Shown: positions 1 to 17,200 of the stretch, piece by piece | How positions within the stretch are numbered: position 1 is the first letter of the stretch | Layout of the letters: each line of letters opens with the position of its first letter | NCBI GenBank assembly: GCA_002269645.1 | Contig: NIVC01000689.1 | Coordinates: 62,001-126,000, forward strand | Direction of reading: 5' to 3' | DNA: 64,000 bases | DNA from: Macrostomum lignano | Lineage: Eukaryota | Translations under genes and position numbers: made by a program | The notes under the pieces: generated by a model | Told to the model about the DNA's origin: nothing | Seen by the model: only the letters and a program-made list of their open reading frames with translations | Database searches by the model: none

Positions 1-1
1 C

Positions 2-397
2 GGCCTGGCCTCGGGATTCCACGCCGGCGAAGACGAGATCTACAACGTGTACGACCAGCCTTGGCGGGCCAACGCGTCCAGCGCCGGCCATCTGTACCGG
101 CCGACCAAAGGCCTGGAGGAAGGCGCCAGCGCCGACGAGGAGCTCGGCCGGCTCGCCTCGGGCACCGGCCGGTTTGTGCCGGACCGGCGCTTCGAAGGCA
201 CCGGCGGCGGCGCTGGAGGAAGTCGGCGAGATGGGCCGGTGCAGTTCGAGAAGCAGGTCGAAGAGGACCCGTTCGGCTTGGACGACCTGTTCGACAAAGT
301 CAAACGGTCGGAGACGGTCGGCACCGGCAGCAAGCGGCCGGCGTCCGGGCATCGGGACGAGGGCGGCAGCGGGCGGAAGCGGGATCGTCGGGATTGA
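2..397 (+). CDS. SNW1: SNW domain protein / SKIP / Prp45, C-terminal coding part (5' end outside window)
   Basis: Frame from base 2 reads GLASGFHAGEDEIYNVYDQPWR...LYRPTK...RFVPDRRFEG...GPVQFEKQVEEDPFGLDDLF, matching the SNW1 C-terminal motifs (GEDEIYNVYD, RFVPD, GPVQFE, DPFGLD); TGA at 395-397. Confidence 0.95.
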   Translation, partial: GLASGFHAGEDEIYNVYDQPWRANASSAGHLYRPTKGLEEGASADEELGRLASGTGRFVPDRRFEGTGGGAGGSRRDGPVQFEKQVEEDPFGLDDLFDKVKRSETVGTGSKRPASGHRDEGGSGRKRDRRD

Positions 398-621
398 GCA
401 GAGTCGGACAGCTGCTGCCGGCTTGGCATTTCTTTGTTTATTTGTCAGATTGAGAACGGTCTTAATATTGCCAAGCTTGTGTATGTAAATGGCAATCCAA
501 GGAATTCTCTATGTTCGCTCTGCTTCCTAGGAAGCGACACTCCAAGTTCCAAGTTTATCAGTTTAGTTTCAATAAAGAAATAATTGCTTTGGCGGCAGTA
601 GATTTAGCCTTGTCCATGGGC

Positions 622-623
<2 letters not shown>

Positions 624-696
<73 letters not shown>

Positions 697-707
697 GACA
701 GATAGAC

Positions 708-739
<32 letters not shown>

Positions 740-761
740 TAACAGATAGATAGATAGACAC

Positions 762-828
<67 letters not shown>

Positions 829-857
829 CAGATAGACAGAAAGATAGATAATAGATA
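624..857. repeat. (GATA)n microsatellite
   Basis: Direct reading, with a few GACA/GATT interruptions. Confidence 0.97.
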
Positions 858-1707
858 TGACAGTTTGCTGCTGCCGGTATCCTTTGCGCTGATGTACATG
901 GCCGAATTATCAACTTGGTTGCCTTTTTCGACTATGTGTATGTCTATGGGCAAAACCAAGTCTACCGCTGCCAAATGGCAATTCTCAACTTGGCTGACAA
1001 AGCAGTACCTATCGGTATAAGCGATTAAGTATAATTGGCTACCTTAGTGGTGGAGAGTGGCAGAGAGACCGCTAATCTCAAATCTATTTCAGATGTCTAT
1101 GGGCCAACTTATAAATTTGCTATTTAAATCAACCAGGTGGGGAGTCCCCGTTCGCTCTACTCGTTCGTTAGAGATAGGCTACAGAACTGCACTCGTCCTT
1201 GTTGGGTGATTGCTCTCGTGTTTATTGCAATGTTTTTCCTGCTCTAACTTGTAACATGAACTGTTATTTTGCTTGTGTGTGCATTCGTATGTTTGTTGTT
1301 GACTGTCTTTTTTTTAAAGTCTGCTAGCGCGGCTACAACATCGCTGACAATTCATGCCTTCATTTTGGGACATTTTAAAGCTGCAAAAATATGGTGATTC
1401 TATTGTTCTTTTGTGTTTCTCTCCTCATCAATTAATAACTCCCAGCGGTAGCATAACCCCCGCTATTATTTGTTTTATTTCATTGACAGTTGGGAAAAGT
1501 TTTTCTTTGGTGAAACCTGTGTCAAGTTTGCTATCCCTTTTGGGGTTATTATCTTATACCTCACTTTGCGGCAACTTCTCACTCACAATTCAACCCTCAA
1601 GTTACGCAACTACTCATAGGCCGCCGCGAGGAAGGGGAAACTTATTGAATCAATAATAAACGTCAGTCGCACAAAATCAACAGTTTACTTTTTATGCAAT
1701 ATGCCGG

Positions 1708-2079
1708 TTAGAATCGCGATGCTTTATAACGCGTGTGGGATCTCCTCACACGCAGAAGTGCGGCGACTCTGCGGTGCATCCCCAGCTGATGAGGCGGTGT
1801 AGAAAGTCCTGGGGGAGGCTGCTGCCAAGCGTTTTCAATGGCATGACGCAGCTCCGTAACAGTCTGGGGTGGATTCTCTTTTCAAATGTTGCGTTTTAGG
1901 AAGTCGCAGACATGCTCGATGGGATTCATGTCTGGGGACCGGGAAGGCCAGCGCAGAGTGCGCAGCTGTAGGCCTGTAGCTGTTCTTTCAGTTGACTGAC
2001 AGCATCGGCTCGGTGTGGCGGCGCGTTGTCATCCTGGACAAGCCCAAAGTGGCTTTGAACTGATGGAATTTCCATGAAG
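1708..2079 (-). mobile_element. Tc1/mariner (DDE) transposase relic, C-terminal part, disrupted
   Basis: Minus-strand translation gives VQDDNAPPHRA, then after a frameshift LRWPSRSPDMNPIEHVCDFLKR, a stop, PQTVTELRHAIENAW and MHRRVAALLRVRRSHTRY. These are the Tc1 QDNAPxH and WPxxSPDLNPIE motifs and the typical C-terminus. No TIRs found. Confidence 0.88.
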
Positions 2080-2525
2080 ATAAATAATTTCATGTTTTAG
2101 ATGTAGGGTTGCTATAGTCCTGACTCTATAAGATCGTAAAACCTGGCACCAAACCGGTGAAACTGTTCTAAAAAAGAAGAGTTTTTTCTATGGTTTTTGC
2201 CTCTTTCCAAATAATTCTGCAGTTGCCTGCTCCATCAAGCTAGAATGGCATGGGTTGTCAGATGGAAGGCTTTTATATTACAAGTTTCTCCACTTTTCCC
2301 AAGAAGCAGAAAACGACCTTCGCCGTCATGATTACTATAACTATTACTATAATTTTATAGTTAAACAGAAACTGCTTTAAACTAAATATACCCTGCTGCA
2401 GCGTCAGAATGTAAATCTGCATGTGTATCGGGCAAGGGGCGCCTCCATGGATTTTATGGTGGGGGGAGGACAAAATGTTTTCATGACTAAATTCCTTCAT
2501 TTCCATTATTTTAAGAATCGGGGTG

Positions 2526-3149
2526 TCAGCGCTCATTTTGGTGCCGCAGGCATTCATTTTGGCGCCGCAGGCACTCCTTTTAGCGCCGCAGGCACTCATT
2601 TTAGCGCTGCAGACATTCATTTTGGCGCCACAGGCACTCCTTTTAGCGCCGCAGGCACTCATTTTAGCGCCGCAGGCACTCATTTTAGCGCCGCAGGCAC
2701 TCATTTTAGCGCTGCAGACATTCATTTTGGCGCCACAGGCACTCCTTTTAGCGCCGCAGGCACTCATTTTAGCGCCGCAGGCACTCATTTTGGCGCCGCA
2801 GGCACTCCTTTTTGCGCCGCAGGCCCTCATTTTAGCGCCGCAGGCACTCATTTTAGCGCCGCAGGCACTAATTTTAGCGCCGCAGGCATTCATTTTGGCG
2901 CCGCAGGCACTCCTTTTAACGCCACAGGCCCTCATTTTAGCGCCGCAGACATTCATTTTGGCGCCGCAGGCACTCCTTTTAGCGCCGCAGGCCCTCATTT
3001 TAGCGCCGCAGACATTCATTTTGGCGCCACAGGCACTCCTTTTAGCGCCGCAGGCACTCATTTTAGCGCCGCAGACATTCATTTTGGCGTCACAGGCACT
3101 CCTTTTAGCGCCGCAGGCACTCATTTTAGCGCCGCAGACATTCATTTTG
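2526..3149. repeat. 21-bp minisatellite (GCACTCATTTTAGCGCCGCAG)
   Basis: About 30 tandem units; accounts for ORFs 2273-3145, 2423-3166 and 2523-3269. Confidence 0.95.
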
Positions 3150-3313
3150 TATGTTTATGTATGTAAACATACAAAAATTGTATGTTTAGCTACATGTACG
3201 GAAAAAACTTTTGGCAGGGACAAATCGCGGAGACCCATAACCGTTTGTAGTCTCCAAAGGAGATCTTAAACCCTTAAAGGTAGCTTTCGCTACACAATTA
3301 TATAAAATATAAC

Positions 3314-5782
3314 GGGTCCACCCCAACTGCCAGCCGGAAACCTGCCAGTCGACAACTGCCAGTCGACAATTGCCAGCCGGAAAACTGCCAGTCGACAATT
3401 GCCAGCCGGAAAACTGCCAGCCGACAACTGCCAGTCGACAATTGCCAGCCGAGAAAACTGCCAGCCGACAACTGCCAGCCGGACAAGTGCTAGTGCTAGC
3501 TGGAGTACCACTAATATTAATGCAGACAGCTGTAAAAAATAGCTCGGACTATGTCATCCGTGCCGAAAGCTACTGCCCCCAACCACTGGACTGCCTGCTG
3601 TGCGACGCCAATGCGCTGGACACCGCCGGCGGGTGGACTTCGTTCTCTTGCTAGCCCTGCGGCGAGCCATTGGACACTGCCCCTATTTCTGTAACTCTTG
3701 GGCTAATGTAATTTATTGTTCATGTTGTTTCTATAGCTCGTATTAGAAGCTATTCTACGGGGCTTTAGCTCGTACATCAGTGGCGTGACTCGTAATTCAG
3801 TGCTTGAAACTTAAAATAAACTGTCTACACTACACGCTCAGACTTGTAATAGGTATAAAATTTGCACAGCAGAACTTTTCCTTTTAATAAAACTGAAGCG
3901 TGACTAACAGAATTTATCTGAATTTGATCGAATTTTGCTGACCTACAAAGCTTTGCTTGGCTTATTTGCTACATGAAATTTAAAGACTAACAGAACAACA
4001 GATCATGTTCATGTTCATGATCTTCTCATGTTTATGCAAAATTAAAAAGGAACGAAACAATTATAACAGGAAAATAGTAGAATTTATTTCTGATAGCTAT
4101 ATCAGCAAATGCGCCCGCTAACTGCGTCGGCAAAGTGTGTAGTAAAATAAAAGCTGGCCAATGAAAAATAGGTACAATTTTACTATAATACCTTATAGTA
4201 CCTAAGGTAAAAACAGCATATTTTTGCAACTGCATTAATTAGCTTCGTACCGTCAAAAAAACAAAAAACGGCTGACAAGTAAATACACTAAACACAAACG
4301 CACCCGCTAATTGCACAGGCACAAAAACTGTCTGTAAATTACTAGCTGTCTCATTTTTTTATTTCTTTAGTCTATGGTCTCATAGTTTTGTCTTACTTTA
4401 GAAGTTGCTAAACTGAGAGTAAACTGTTTTTGTTAAAGTCTTATTGGGGCTTAATTTTCTGCTAGCATTCTAAAAAACATTAAATAATAGTAGAATAGCT
4501 CTTGGGATGACATGATGCGCCAAACTTAAGCTAAGTCCTAAATAACAGAGTACGAAAACAAATAAAAAACAAAATTAGTCAGCGTTCGATGCAAATAACA
4601 CGTAACAACCCGTTGTCTGTTCAAGTCGCACATGATTGAAGAACCATAAAAATGAGTTATTTCTTCAAATGATGAGCAATGCCACGTAGGAATGACCGGA
4701 GTGGGAAGTCTACTGGCAGACCACCATTCGCCTCATCCCATCGCTGTGCAACGCGAAGAACGTTAGCGTTGCTCCGGGCATACTTACTTCTGATGATTGG
4801 TGCCTCCCCAGCTGCAGCTCGCTGCATGAGCAATTGCTGGTGGTCCATCCCCTGCTTCAGGTGTCGAAGCAACTTGAAAAGCTGTGGGTTGTTGCAAAGA
4901 AGCAACGACTGCAGTCGCCGGTGCCACGCTTCAACGGAATTGTTCGTACGATGCTGTCCATCAATAGTTCGCTGGCGCATATTCCAGACAGTCAGTGCGA
5001 ACCGTCTGGCGTCTTTGGCCGTTGGGCAGCCGGCGACGAATCCACTGATCCTCAAAGTAGTTAGCGACGGGAGTAATGTCCTGAGGAAAGTCTGGCAACA
5101 TGATCAGTGCGTCGAACGATTCAGCAACTGACGCAACAGGCACAAACGCCAAGGCCGTTAGGCACCGAATCCAGAGCGAGACCTCGCCATCTGCCTGTTC
5201 GATCTGGTCCTTCAATGCTAGAAAGTAGACAGCTTGTTTACTATTTATTAAATCAGTTTTTTGCTTTTTACTTAGCTAATAAGTAGGCTACAGTAGATTC
5301 AATTGGCTAGAACTTGTCGGCTGGCAGTTGTCGGCTGGCAGTTGTCGGCTGGTAGTTGTCGGCTGGCAGTTTTCCGGCTGGCAGTTTTCTCGGCTGGCAA
5401 TTGTCGACTGGCAGTTGCATGTCGGCTGGCAGTTGTCGGCTGGCAGTTGTCGGCTGGCAGTTGTCGGCTGGCAGTTGTCGGCTGGCAGTTGTCGGCTGAC
5501 AGTTTTCTCGGCTGGCAATTGTCGGCTGGCAGTTGTCGGCTGGCAGTTGTCGGCTGACAGTTTTCCGGCTGGCAGTTTTCTCGGCTGGCAATTGTCGACT
5601 GGCAGTTGCATGTCGTCTGGCAGTTGTCGGCTGGCAATTGTCGACTGGCAGTTGCATGTCGTCTGGCAGTTGTCGGCTGGCAGTTGTCGGCTGGCAGTTA
5701 TCGGCTGGCAGTTTTCTCGGCTGGCAATTGTCGGCTGGCAGTTGTCGGCTGGCAGTTGTCGACTGGCAGTTGGGTTGCTCCC
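3314..5782. mobile_element. Non-autonomous Mutator-like (MULE) DNA transposon with inverted ends built from 14-bp tandem arrays
   Basis: Left end GGGTCCACCCCAACTGCCAG; right end reverse complement GGGAGCAACCCAACTGCCAG. Identical 8-bp flanks AATATAAC at 3306-3313 and 5783-5790. CAACTGCCAGCCGA arrays at about 3323-3481 (+) and 5313-5771 (-). Internal transposase fragment present. Confidence 0.85.
4657..5217 (-). pseudogene. MULE transposase, last exon, frameshifted near 5005
   Basis: LTALAFVP...YFEDQWI followed after a frameshift by FALTVWN...HRTNNSVEAWHRRL...NPQLFKLLRHLKQ, the C-terminal RTNNxVEGWH motif of animal MULE transposases. Candidate acceptor TTTCTAG before 5217. Confidence 0.85.
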
Positions 5783-8198
5783 AATATAACAGTAAATTGT
5801 GCATGGTAAATTATAGAATTGGCAATCAGATTAAATGTAGTCATTGCAGATTATGTGATGAAAAACTTTGATTATTTCCAATCTCCATCGTGTAGTTTTT
5901 CCAGGAAATCGGCCTCCTAAAAATTACATGACCTTTGAGTTTTACGTCCTGTTATGCTATACATAAGGTCCCTTGAGGATCACGAATTGCCGATTATAAT
6001 CAATATGCACAAAAATACTTGCAGGCGAGCATGGACCGCAATCGTAGCAAAGCAATTGGGTGTAGTACATCTACTTAAGAAACTGAAACATCTTAACACG
6101 ACTCAATTTCTGGAAAACAGCTCTGTGTACGCGGTGTTTGTGATCGGAAGTGCACAAAACCGTTACCGTGACTATATAATAATCACCTGCTCTCGCAAAG
6201 TGGTTTAATAGGCTCACTTTCATCTTTGTCATTTGCCTTTTGCATCTCCCCAAAAGCTAGGAACTCGAATTTCGGTTCAGTTTCATTCTCTCCATCTTCA
6301 GCTGCAGCATCATCTTCAACCGCGGTAGTAGAGGCAAATTATTGGCAGTATCATGGCTCTCAAGAAAGTGCAAGAAGTTCATAAAGTCTTCGTCATCCTT
6401 CGTGCTCTGAGCAAGGAGTTGTCCTTGGTTCTGAGACGTGGAAAATACTTTAATTTCCAATTACGTTCATTGCTAGATACGTTGGCTAAACTTTTGACAG
6501 GCAGATTTGCAACTTTGTTGAACCTACATGTATACTGTACATGTACATGTATGGCTCAAACTCTCTCGTAAACCTTACACTGTACTAACGTTACGTCTCA
6601 CGTTCCGCTTTTGTATATCTCTCTCACCTCGCAAACCCTTCTCTGGCCCACTGTAATTGAAAAATACCGATATTTTTATTTAAAAGAGCTTGTATGTACA
6701 TAGTTATATGCACTGGATTATGGATTATACACTGTAATATTCGAATAATAGTGAATTTTGGATAATTATCGTGAGTACAGATGTATATCATGCGTATTTC
6801 ACGCATTTATAGAGTATTTCATTGTGAAAGAATTGAGCTATCAGACAATATCATAGTAGCAGCAATTTAAATTGGCGCATCAAGAATATAAAAGTTAGTG
6901 GGGCCAAGCAGGCTTGCAGGATAGTTCTGAAAGTTTGCATCAAAAATTATAGAAGCGCATGAAGTATAGATAGAATATTGTACCGTAACATGCCAATTTA
7001 GCAAAAGCTAGGGTCAAGGCCCCAAGCTGAAAAAGTTCCTACAGTACAGACCGTATTCTTATAAAAACTGATATTTGCTTAGATCATAGCATCCATTTTA
7101 GCTTAGTGTAAAAATATCACCCGGAAAGCAGTGGAGTTAAACAAACATAGCTTAAAATACAATTATTTACCTTTAAAGAAGCTATATATTTGCCAAAATA
7201 AGCCATAAACAGCATATATAGTGATTAAAAGCATTAATTATCAAGAATCTTTAACATTTTTGGTTGCGCTTGTTTCCAATGTGTTTTTAAATGATCATTT
7301 TGACGATCAATTATTCACTTAAACATGCTAAATTTAACGGATATCATACAATAAGTAAACAAAAATTTTTTGTGTATTGACATAGTAGCCACAAAGGTAG
7401 ATAGATTAGACAATATAACTAATTTCAGCTTTATTTAATGCGCTCAAAAATACGAATGGTAACATATTTTATCTGCATACATTGACATTAATAGGTATGA
7501 CTAATTGTGTCTGTTAGTATGTGACTGTGTTCTGTTTGTCCTTGTGTGACATTGAATGAGTATATTCATTAGCATTTAGCTTTTTGTGATTTCGTAAGAT
7601 AATTTACATTTCATAAAGGCATCTTTAATATTTTATATATATTTTAATAAATAATCATTGTCGAAGTTGTCAAAGCACAGTTTTATCGTTTTAAAATATG
7701 GAGTAAATTCCTTTTCAATATTAAATTAAATTTGTCTGTTATCAATACAAAAATAGCCAATTCTTTTGTCCGAAAATGTCCTATAAATATAAAATAGAAC
7801 CTTACAGTTAAAAGAAAATTAAAGTAAAATGGCCTGCGTTTAATTTAATATTTTTATTATAATTACTATAAATTGCTAATTGTTATAGTAAACTATAAGT
7901 AGTTACTGAAGCAATTTTTGAAATCGTCAAATAAAATATTAAAAAGAAAAACCTACTCGTTTTAATCTTTTAGAATATTTTTGCAATAGCCTATCGTCAC
8001 AAAAATTTACAATCTATATACATATATAGTTCAAATTTAGTTAGTTAGTTAGTTTGAAATGTTAGCTTTATATAATTAAAGTAATCTGTGCCATAAGTTT
8101 CGATTTGAACATATACATCGAGTTAGTTCAATAGTTTGTTTTGTTTATTTTTCTCTTTATTGATTTCTACTCTCCAGCACGCACCAGATGATGTGAAG

Positions 8199-12030
<3,832 letters not shown>

Positions 12031-12704
12031 CTGTACAAGTAGAAACTTTCAGGTTTTCAGTTTTGCACTCCTATATAACTGCATCTCTGAGTAGGTTTAT
12101 TCGGAAGGAGGCAGGCAGAAGAAGTGTTCCTTTATTTAGTGCAAGTGTACTAAAATAGTGCACACGTACTGCTTCAAAATACGCAGGCTACTTTTAGTGT
12201 GCGTGCAGTTATTGAAGGTACATGTGCACTATAAAAGTGCGCTTGTATTTATTGAACTGTTAAGTACACGTGCACTGATTGAATAGATGCCTGAATCCTT
12301 TCGAGCTACTCATGTTATATAATTAATTCGGAAAGAAAGTGAACTAAATATTGCTTATAGACTGTTGTCCCTTACACACAATACTTTCTACTAACAGTAG
12401 TGTAACTCAGAAAATGTACGACTTTTCGTATTGTACCCAAATGTGTCGAACTGAAACTTTTTTGGCTAAATAAAATCCGCTTCTCGATCGATCCTCTTAA
12501 ACTTTCTTGGCCAGTTTTCAACGCGCCACACACACACACACAAACGCACACAAGTCATTTGTTGTTTTGAACTTTATTCTTTCTCGGCTAACTAGTCAAC
12601 AACGAGTTAGATTATGTTCTGTAAAATCCCCGGCCAGATAAGAGCTTTGAAACATCTACAAGGATGAAATCCCAATTGTGGTAATTTAGGGGGCCAGTTT
12701 CATA

Positions 12705-14174
12705 TCAGGACAGTGACCAATTAGGATGCCAGGACAGTGACCAATTAGAATGCCAGGACAGTGCCCAATTAGGATGCCAGGACAGTGACCAATTAGGATG
12801 CCAGGACAGTGACCAATTAGGATGCCAGGACAGTGCCCAATTAGGATGCCACGACAGTGCCCAATTAGGATGCCACGACAGTGCCAAATTAGGATGTCAG
12901 GACAGTGCCCAATTAGGATGCCAGGACAGTGACCAATTAGGATGCCAGGACAGTGCCCAATTAGGATGCCACGACAGTGCCCAATTAGGATGCCAGGACA
13001 GTGCCCAATTAGGATGCCAGGACAGTGCCCAATTAGGATGCCACGACAGTGCCAAATTAGGATGTCAGGACAGTGCCCAATTAGGATGTCAGGACAGTGA
13101 CCAATTAGGATGTCAGGACAGTGCCCAATTAGGATGTCAGGACAGTGCCCAAATTGGATGCCAGGACAGTGACCAATTAGGATGCCAGGACAGTGACCAA
13201 TTAGGATGCCAGGACAGTGACCAATTAGGATGCCAGGACAGTGACCAATTAGGATGCCAGGACAGTGCCCAATTAGGATGCCACGACAGTGCCCAATTAG
13301 GATGCCACGACAGTGCCAAATTAGGATGTCAGGACAGTGCCCAATTAGGATGTCAGGACAGTGACCAATTAGGATGTCAGGACAGTGCCCAATTAGGATG
13401 TCAGGACAGTGCCCAAATTGGATGTCAGGACAGTGCCCAATTAGGATGTCAGGACAGTGCCAAATTGGATGTCAGGACAGTGCCAAATTGGATGTCAGGA
13501 CAGTGCCCAAATTGGATGTCAGGACAGTGACCAAATTAGGATGTCAGGACAGTGCCAAATTAGGATGTCAGGACAGCGCCCAATTAGGATGTCAGGACAG
13601 TGCCCAATTAGGATGTCAGGACAGTGCCAAATTGGATGTCAGGACAGTGCCCAAATTGGATGTCAGGACAGTGCCCAATTAGGATGTCAGGACAGTGCCA
13701 AATTGGATGTCAGGACAGTGCCAAATTGGATGTCAGGACAGTGCCCATATTGGATGTCAGGACAGTGCCCAAATTAGGATGTCAGGACAGTGCCAAATTA
13801 GGATGTCAGGACAGTGCCCAATTAGGATGTCAGGACAGTGACCAATTAGGATGTCAGGACAGTGCCAAATTGGATGTCAGGACAGTGCCAAATTGGATGT
13901 CAGGACAGTGCCAAATTGGATGTCAGGACAGTGCCAAATTGGATGTCAGGACAGTGCCCAATTAGGATGTCAGGACAGTGACCAATTAGGATGTCAGGAC
14001 AGTGACCAATTAGGATGTCAGGACAGTGACCAATTAGGATGTCAGGACAGTGCCAAATTGGATGTCAGGACAGTGCCAAATTAGGATGCCACGACAGTGC
14101 CAAATTGGATGTCAGGACAGTGCCAAATTGGATGTCAGGACAGTGCCAAATTGGATGTCAGGACAGTGCCCAAT
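12705..14174. repeat. 24-bp minisatellite (AGGACAGTGMCCAATTAGGATGYC) with 23-25 bp variants
   Basis: About 60 units filling most of the TTC29-WDR88 spacer; variant types change along the array. Confidence 0.96.
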
Positions 14175-14246
14175 TGCTTGTTTGCAGTGACCAACCAACT
14201 GATTCATGATCGACTCTCCGTACAGCTACAGTGCTCACAAAAAGTC

Positions 14247-17200
14247 ATGCTGACGGAGCTGGAAGAAGAGACGGCCGAGCCTGGAGCGGAGCCGGAAGTG
14301 AACCCTCAAACCCAACCGGAAGCTCAGCCGGATTCAGAGGCGGACGCGCAGATCCAGCTGACCATCCTGTCCGGACATACCGGAAGCGTGCGCACCTGCT
14401 GCTTCATTCGCAAGGACACCTGCGGCCTGTCGGCCAGCTGGGACGGCACTGCACGCCTGTGGGACGTCGGCACCGGCAAGGAGCTGCGCTGCCTCACCGG
14501 ACACGCCGGCGCCAGGCTGAGCTGCGCCCGCGGCGATCCCGACGGCGGCCGGGCGGTCTCGGCCGGCTGGGACAAGGCCCTGTCCGTGTGGGACCTGGAG
14601 ACCGGCGCCCGGCTGTGGCGCGGCGAGCTGGGCGGCATCGTCAGCGACGCCCGGTTTTCTGGCGGCGACGGCGGCGGCCAGCTGGTGACGGCTTCAGATC
14701 TGGACTACAATATGCAGGTTGGCGAGGCTTGAAGCATCTATTTGAGCTCAGGGCTGCTTCGAATTTTAGGTCACTTTGAGCTCAGGGTTGCTTCGAATTT
14801 TAGGTCACTTTGAGCTCAGGGTTGCTTTGAATTTTAGGTCACTTTGATCCCCTGGTACATTGAGCTCCTGGTACATTGGGCTGCTGGTACATTTACTCCT
14901 GGATGCGAGTTCCTCGCATCCGCTTTTGCTTTGCAACTCATTGTTGCAGCCTAAACCCCATTCCCCATTCCAGGTGTGGGACACTCGTACCTGCAGTGTT
15001 GTGCAGCTCATCCGAGGTGTACACAGATCCACCCTGACCAGCTGCCGGTTCATGCTGGGCGACAGGCGGATTCTGTCAACTTCATTAGACTTTACCTGCA
15101 AGGTGTTCGATCTCAGGGCCATGGGCGTCACCTTGGCCTTTGCCGATCATAAAAATGCCGTCTCCTCCGCCAGCCTATCAGCTGATGAGCGTTGCTTAGC
15201 AACCTGCTCCTGGGACAAGCGGATCCTGATGTACGACATCTCCACCGGCATGTACCGCTCTCAGGGACCTAAGGTGGGTGTGCAGTGCTGTTTGACCAGA
15301 TCGCTAAGTGTTCAATAATGTCTGACAAGATACAGAATGTGTCTGACATGATTATTAATTTTACCTGACAAGATACAGAATGTCTGACAAGATTATCAAT
15401 TTTATCTGACAAGATACAGAATGTGTCTGACAAGGTTATTAACTTATCTGACAAGATACAGAATGTGTCTGACAAGATCATTAAATTTACCTGACAAGAT
15501 GCAGAATGTGTCTGACAAGATTGTTAATTTTAACTGACAAGATGCGGAATGTGTCTGACAAGATACAGAATGTGTCTGACAAGATACAGAATCTGTCTGA
15601 CAAGATACAGAATGTGTCTGACAAGATACAGAATGTGTCTGACAAGATACAGAATGTGTCTGACAAGATACAGAATGTGTCTGACAAGATACAGAATGTG
15701 TCTGACAAGATACAGAATGTGTCTGACAAGATACAGAATGTGTCTGACAAGATACAGAATGCGTCTGACAAGATGATTAATTTTACCTGACAAGATTCGG
15801 AATGTGCCGGACCTGTGGTAGATCTGACAATACTAAAAAAACCATTTCCGATGTCAAGATGTTACGAGTGGCCCTTAAAATGCCGATTTCTCTGATCAGA
15901 AACTGAAGTAATAACTGAAGGATCCAAGAGAAAGACTTGCAGTATCTTTTAACTCTAAAGTTAGACATTTCCCACAGGGGCAATGCGTCATGTCATCTGA
16001 GCATTCACAGTCTGACGGGACCCCGTCATTACCGAAGAAAGAGGGAGATTTTAATTATTAATTAAAATCAGATTCTGCCGAACCTGATTCCCAGCTAAAG
16101 CTGCAAGCGACTTTAAGCTGACAGGGCTATAGGGAGAGCCGACCCAGATTTGCGTCTTTAGTTAACTAATTGTTCCCAAAATCTGGACAAGCCCCGCCCC
16201 TCTACTTTCCTCCCATCTCCCCATCTCTACGTAGTCGGCTTTTACGGCGTTTTTATTTTCTTCCCAAGAGAAAGTTGATGCATTTCGTTCTATCTGGGAC
16301 TAATCCCATCAGCTGACCGGAGTACAAGCTGCCGCACGCATCTTGCCGACCGCTAATAGCGGTCAAGATGTACTTTCACTGCAATGCATTAGCGAAGCGA
16401 TGCGATAAGGCCCAACTGTGGCAAAAGCATTTTCTGTTTTTAAGGGTATTGCGCTGTTAGAAACGGGAGTCTAATTAAGTAAAGTCTAAGCCATATTGAG
16501 TGGGGATGACCAGTGAGGTGTGGGATATGATACTTGTGAATAGTTTAGTTGAAAGTTGATACTTTTTTATAAATCAAACCGCAAGTGAGAAGTTCGATAG
16601 ATCATCTGAGTTTATATGAGCGAGTTCTGACTGAGTTTATATGAGTGAGTTTATTTGAGTGAGTTTATATGAGCGAGTTTATATGAGTGAGTTTATATGA
16701 GTGAGTTTACATGAGTGAGTTTATATGAGCGAGTTTATATGAGTGAGTTTCTATGAGCGAGTTTATATGAGTGAGTTTATATGAGCGAGTTTATATGAGC
16801 GAATTTATATGAGTGAATTTCTATGAGTGAATTTCTATGAGTGAGTGTCTATGAGTGAGTCAAAGTGTACTACAGCAGAGAGTCTACAATACTCCTACCA
16901 ACTTTTCACCCTGCAACGTCCTGAAGATCTTCGAGGAAAGCCACGAGGGCAGCATCAGCAGTTGCTGTCTGTCAGCCGACGGCGCTAAACTCGTCAGCGG
17001 CTCCTACGACAACTCGGTGATGGTCTGGGACGCCGAGAACGGCATCAGAGAAATTCGCCTTCAAGGCCACGACGACTGGGTTGAAGACGTCAGCCTGAGC
17101 GCCGACGGCGCCTGGATGATGTCGGCATCGAAGGACGCCACCCTGCGCCTGTGGAACATGGAACGAATGGACGAAATGCCGGCCGTGGCCGAGAGCCGCG

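Noticed and set aside
1779-1816. Hammerhead-ribozyme-like CCCCAG-CTGATGAG...GAAA-GTC-CTGGGG
   Set aside because: Stem II cannot close (A before GAAA, no pairing) and stem III is absent; the segment is the antisense of Tc1 transposase coding sequence.
3530-3660. GC-rich exon-like piece inside the MULE (possible Pack-MULE capture)
   Set aside because: No recognisable protein and no convincing splice pair; cannot be supported without a search.
12705-14174. Regular 24-bp repeats as a possible CRISPR array (also other arrays)
   Set aside because: Units are head-to-tail with no unique spacers, there are no cas genes, and the context is eukaryotic.
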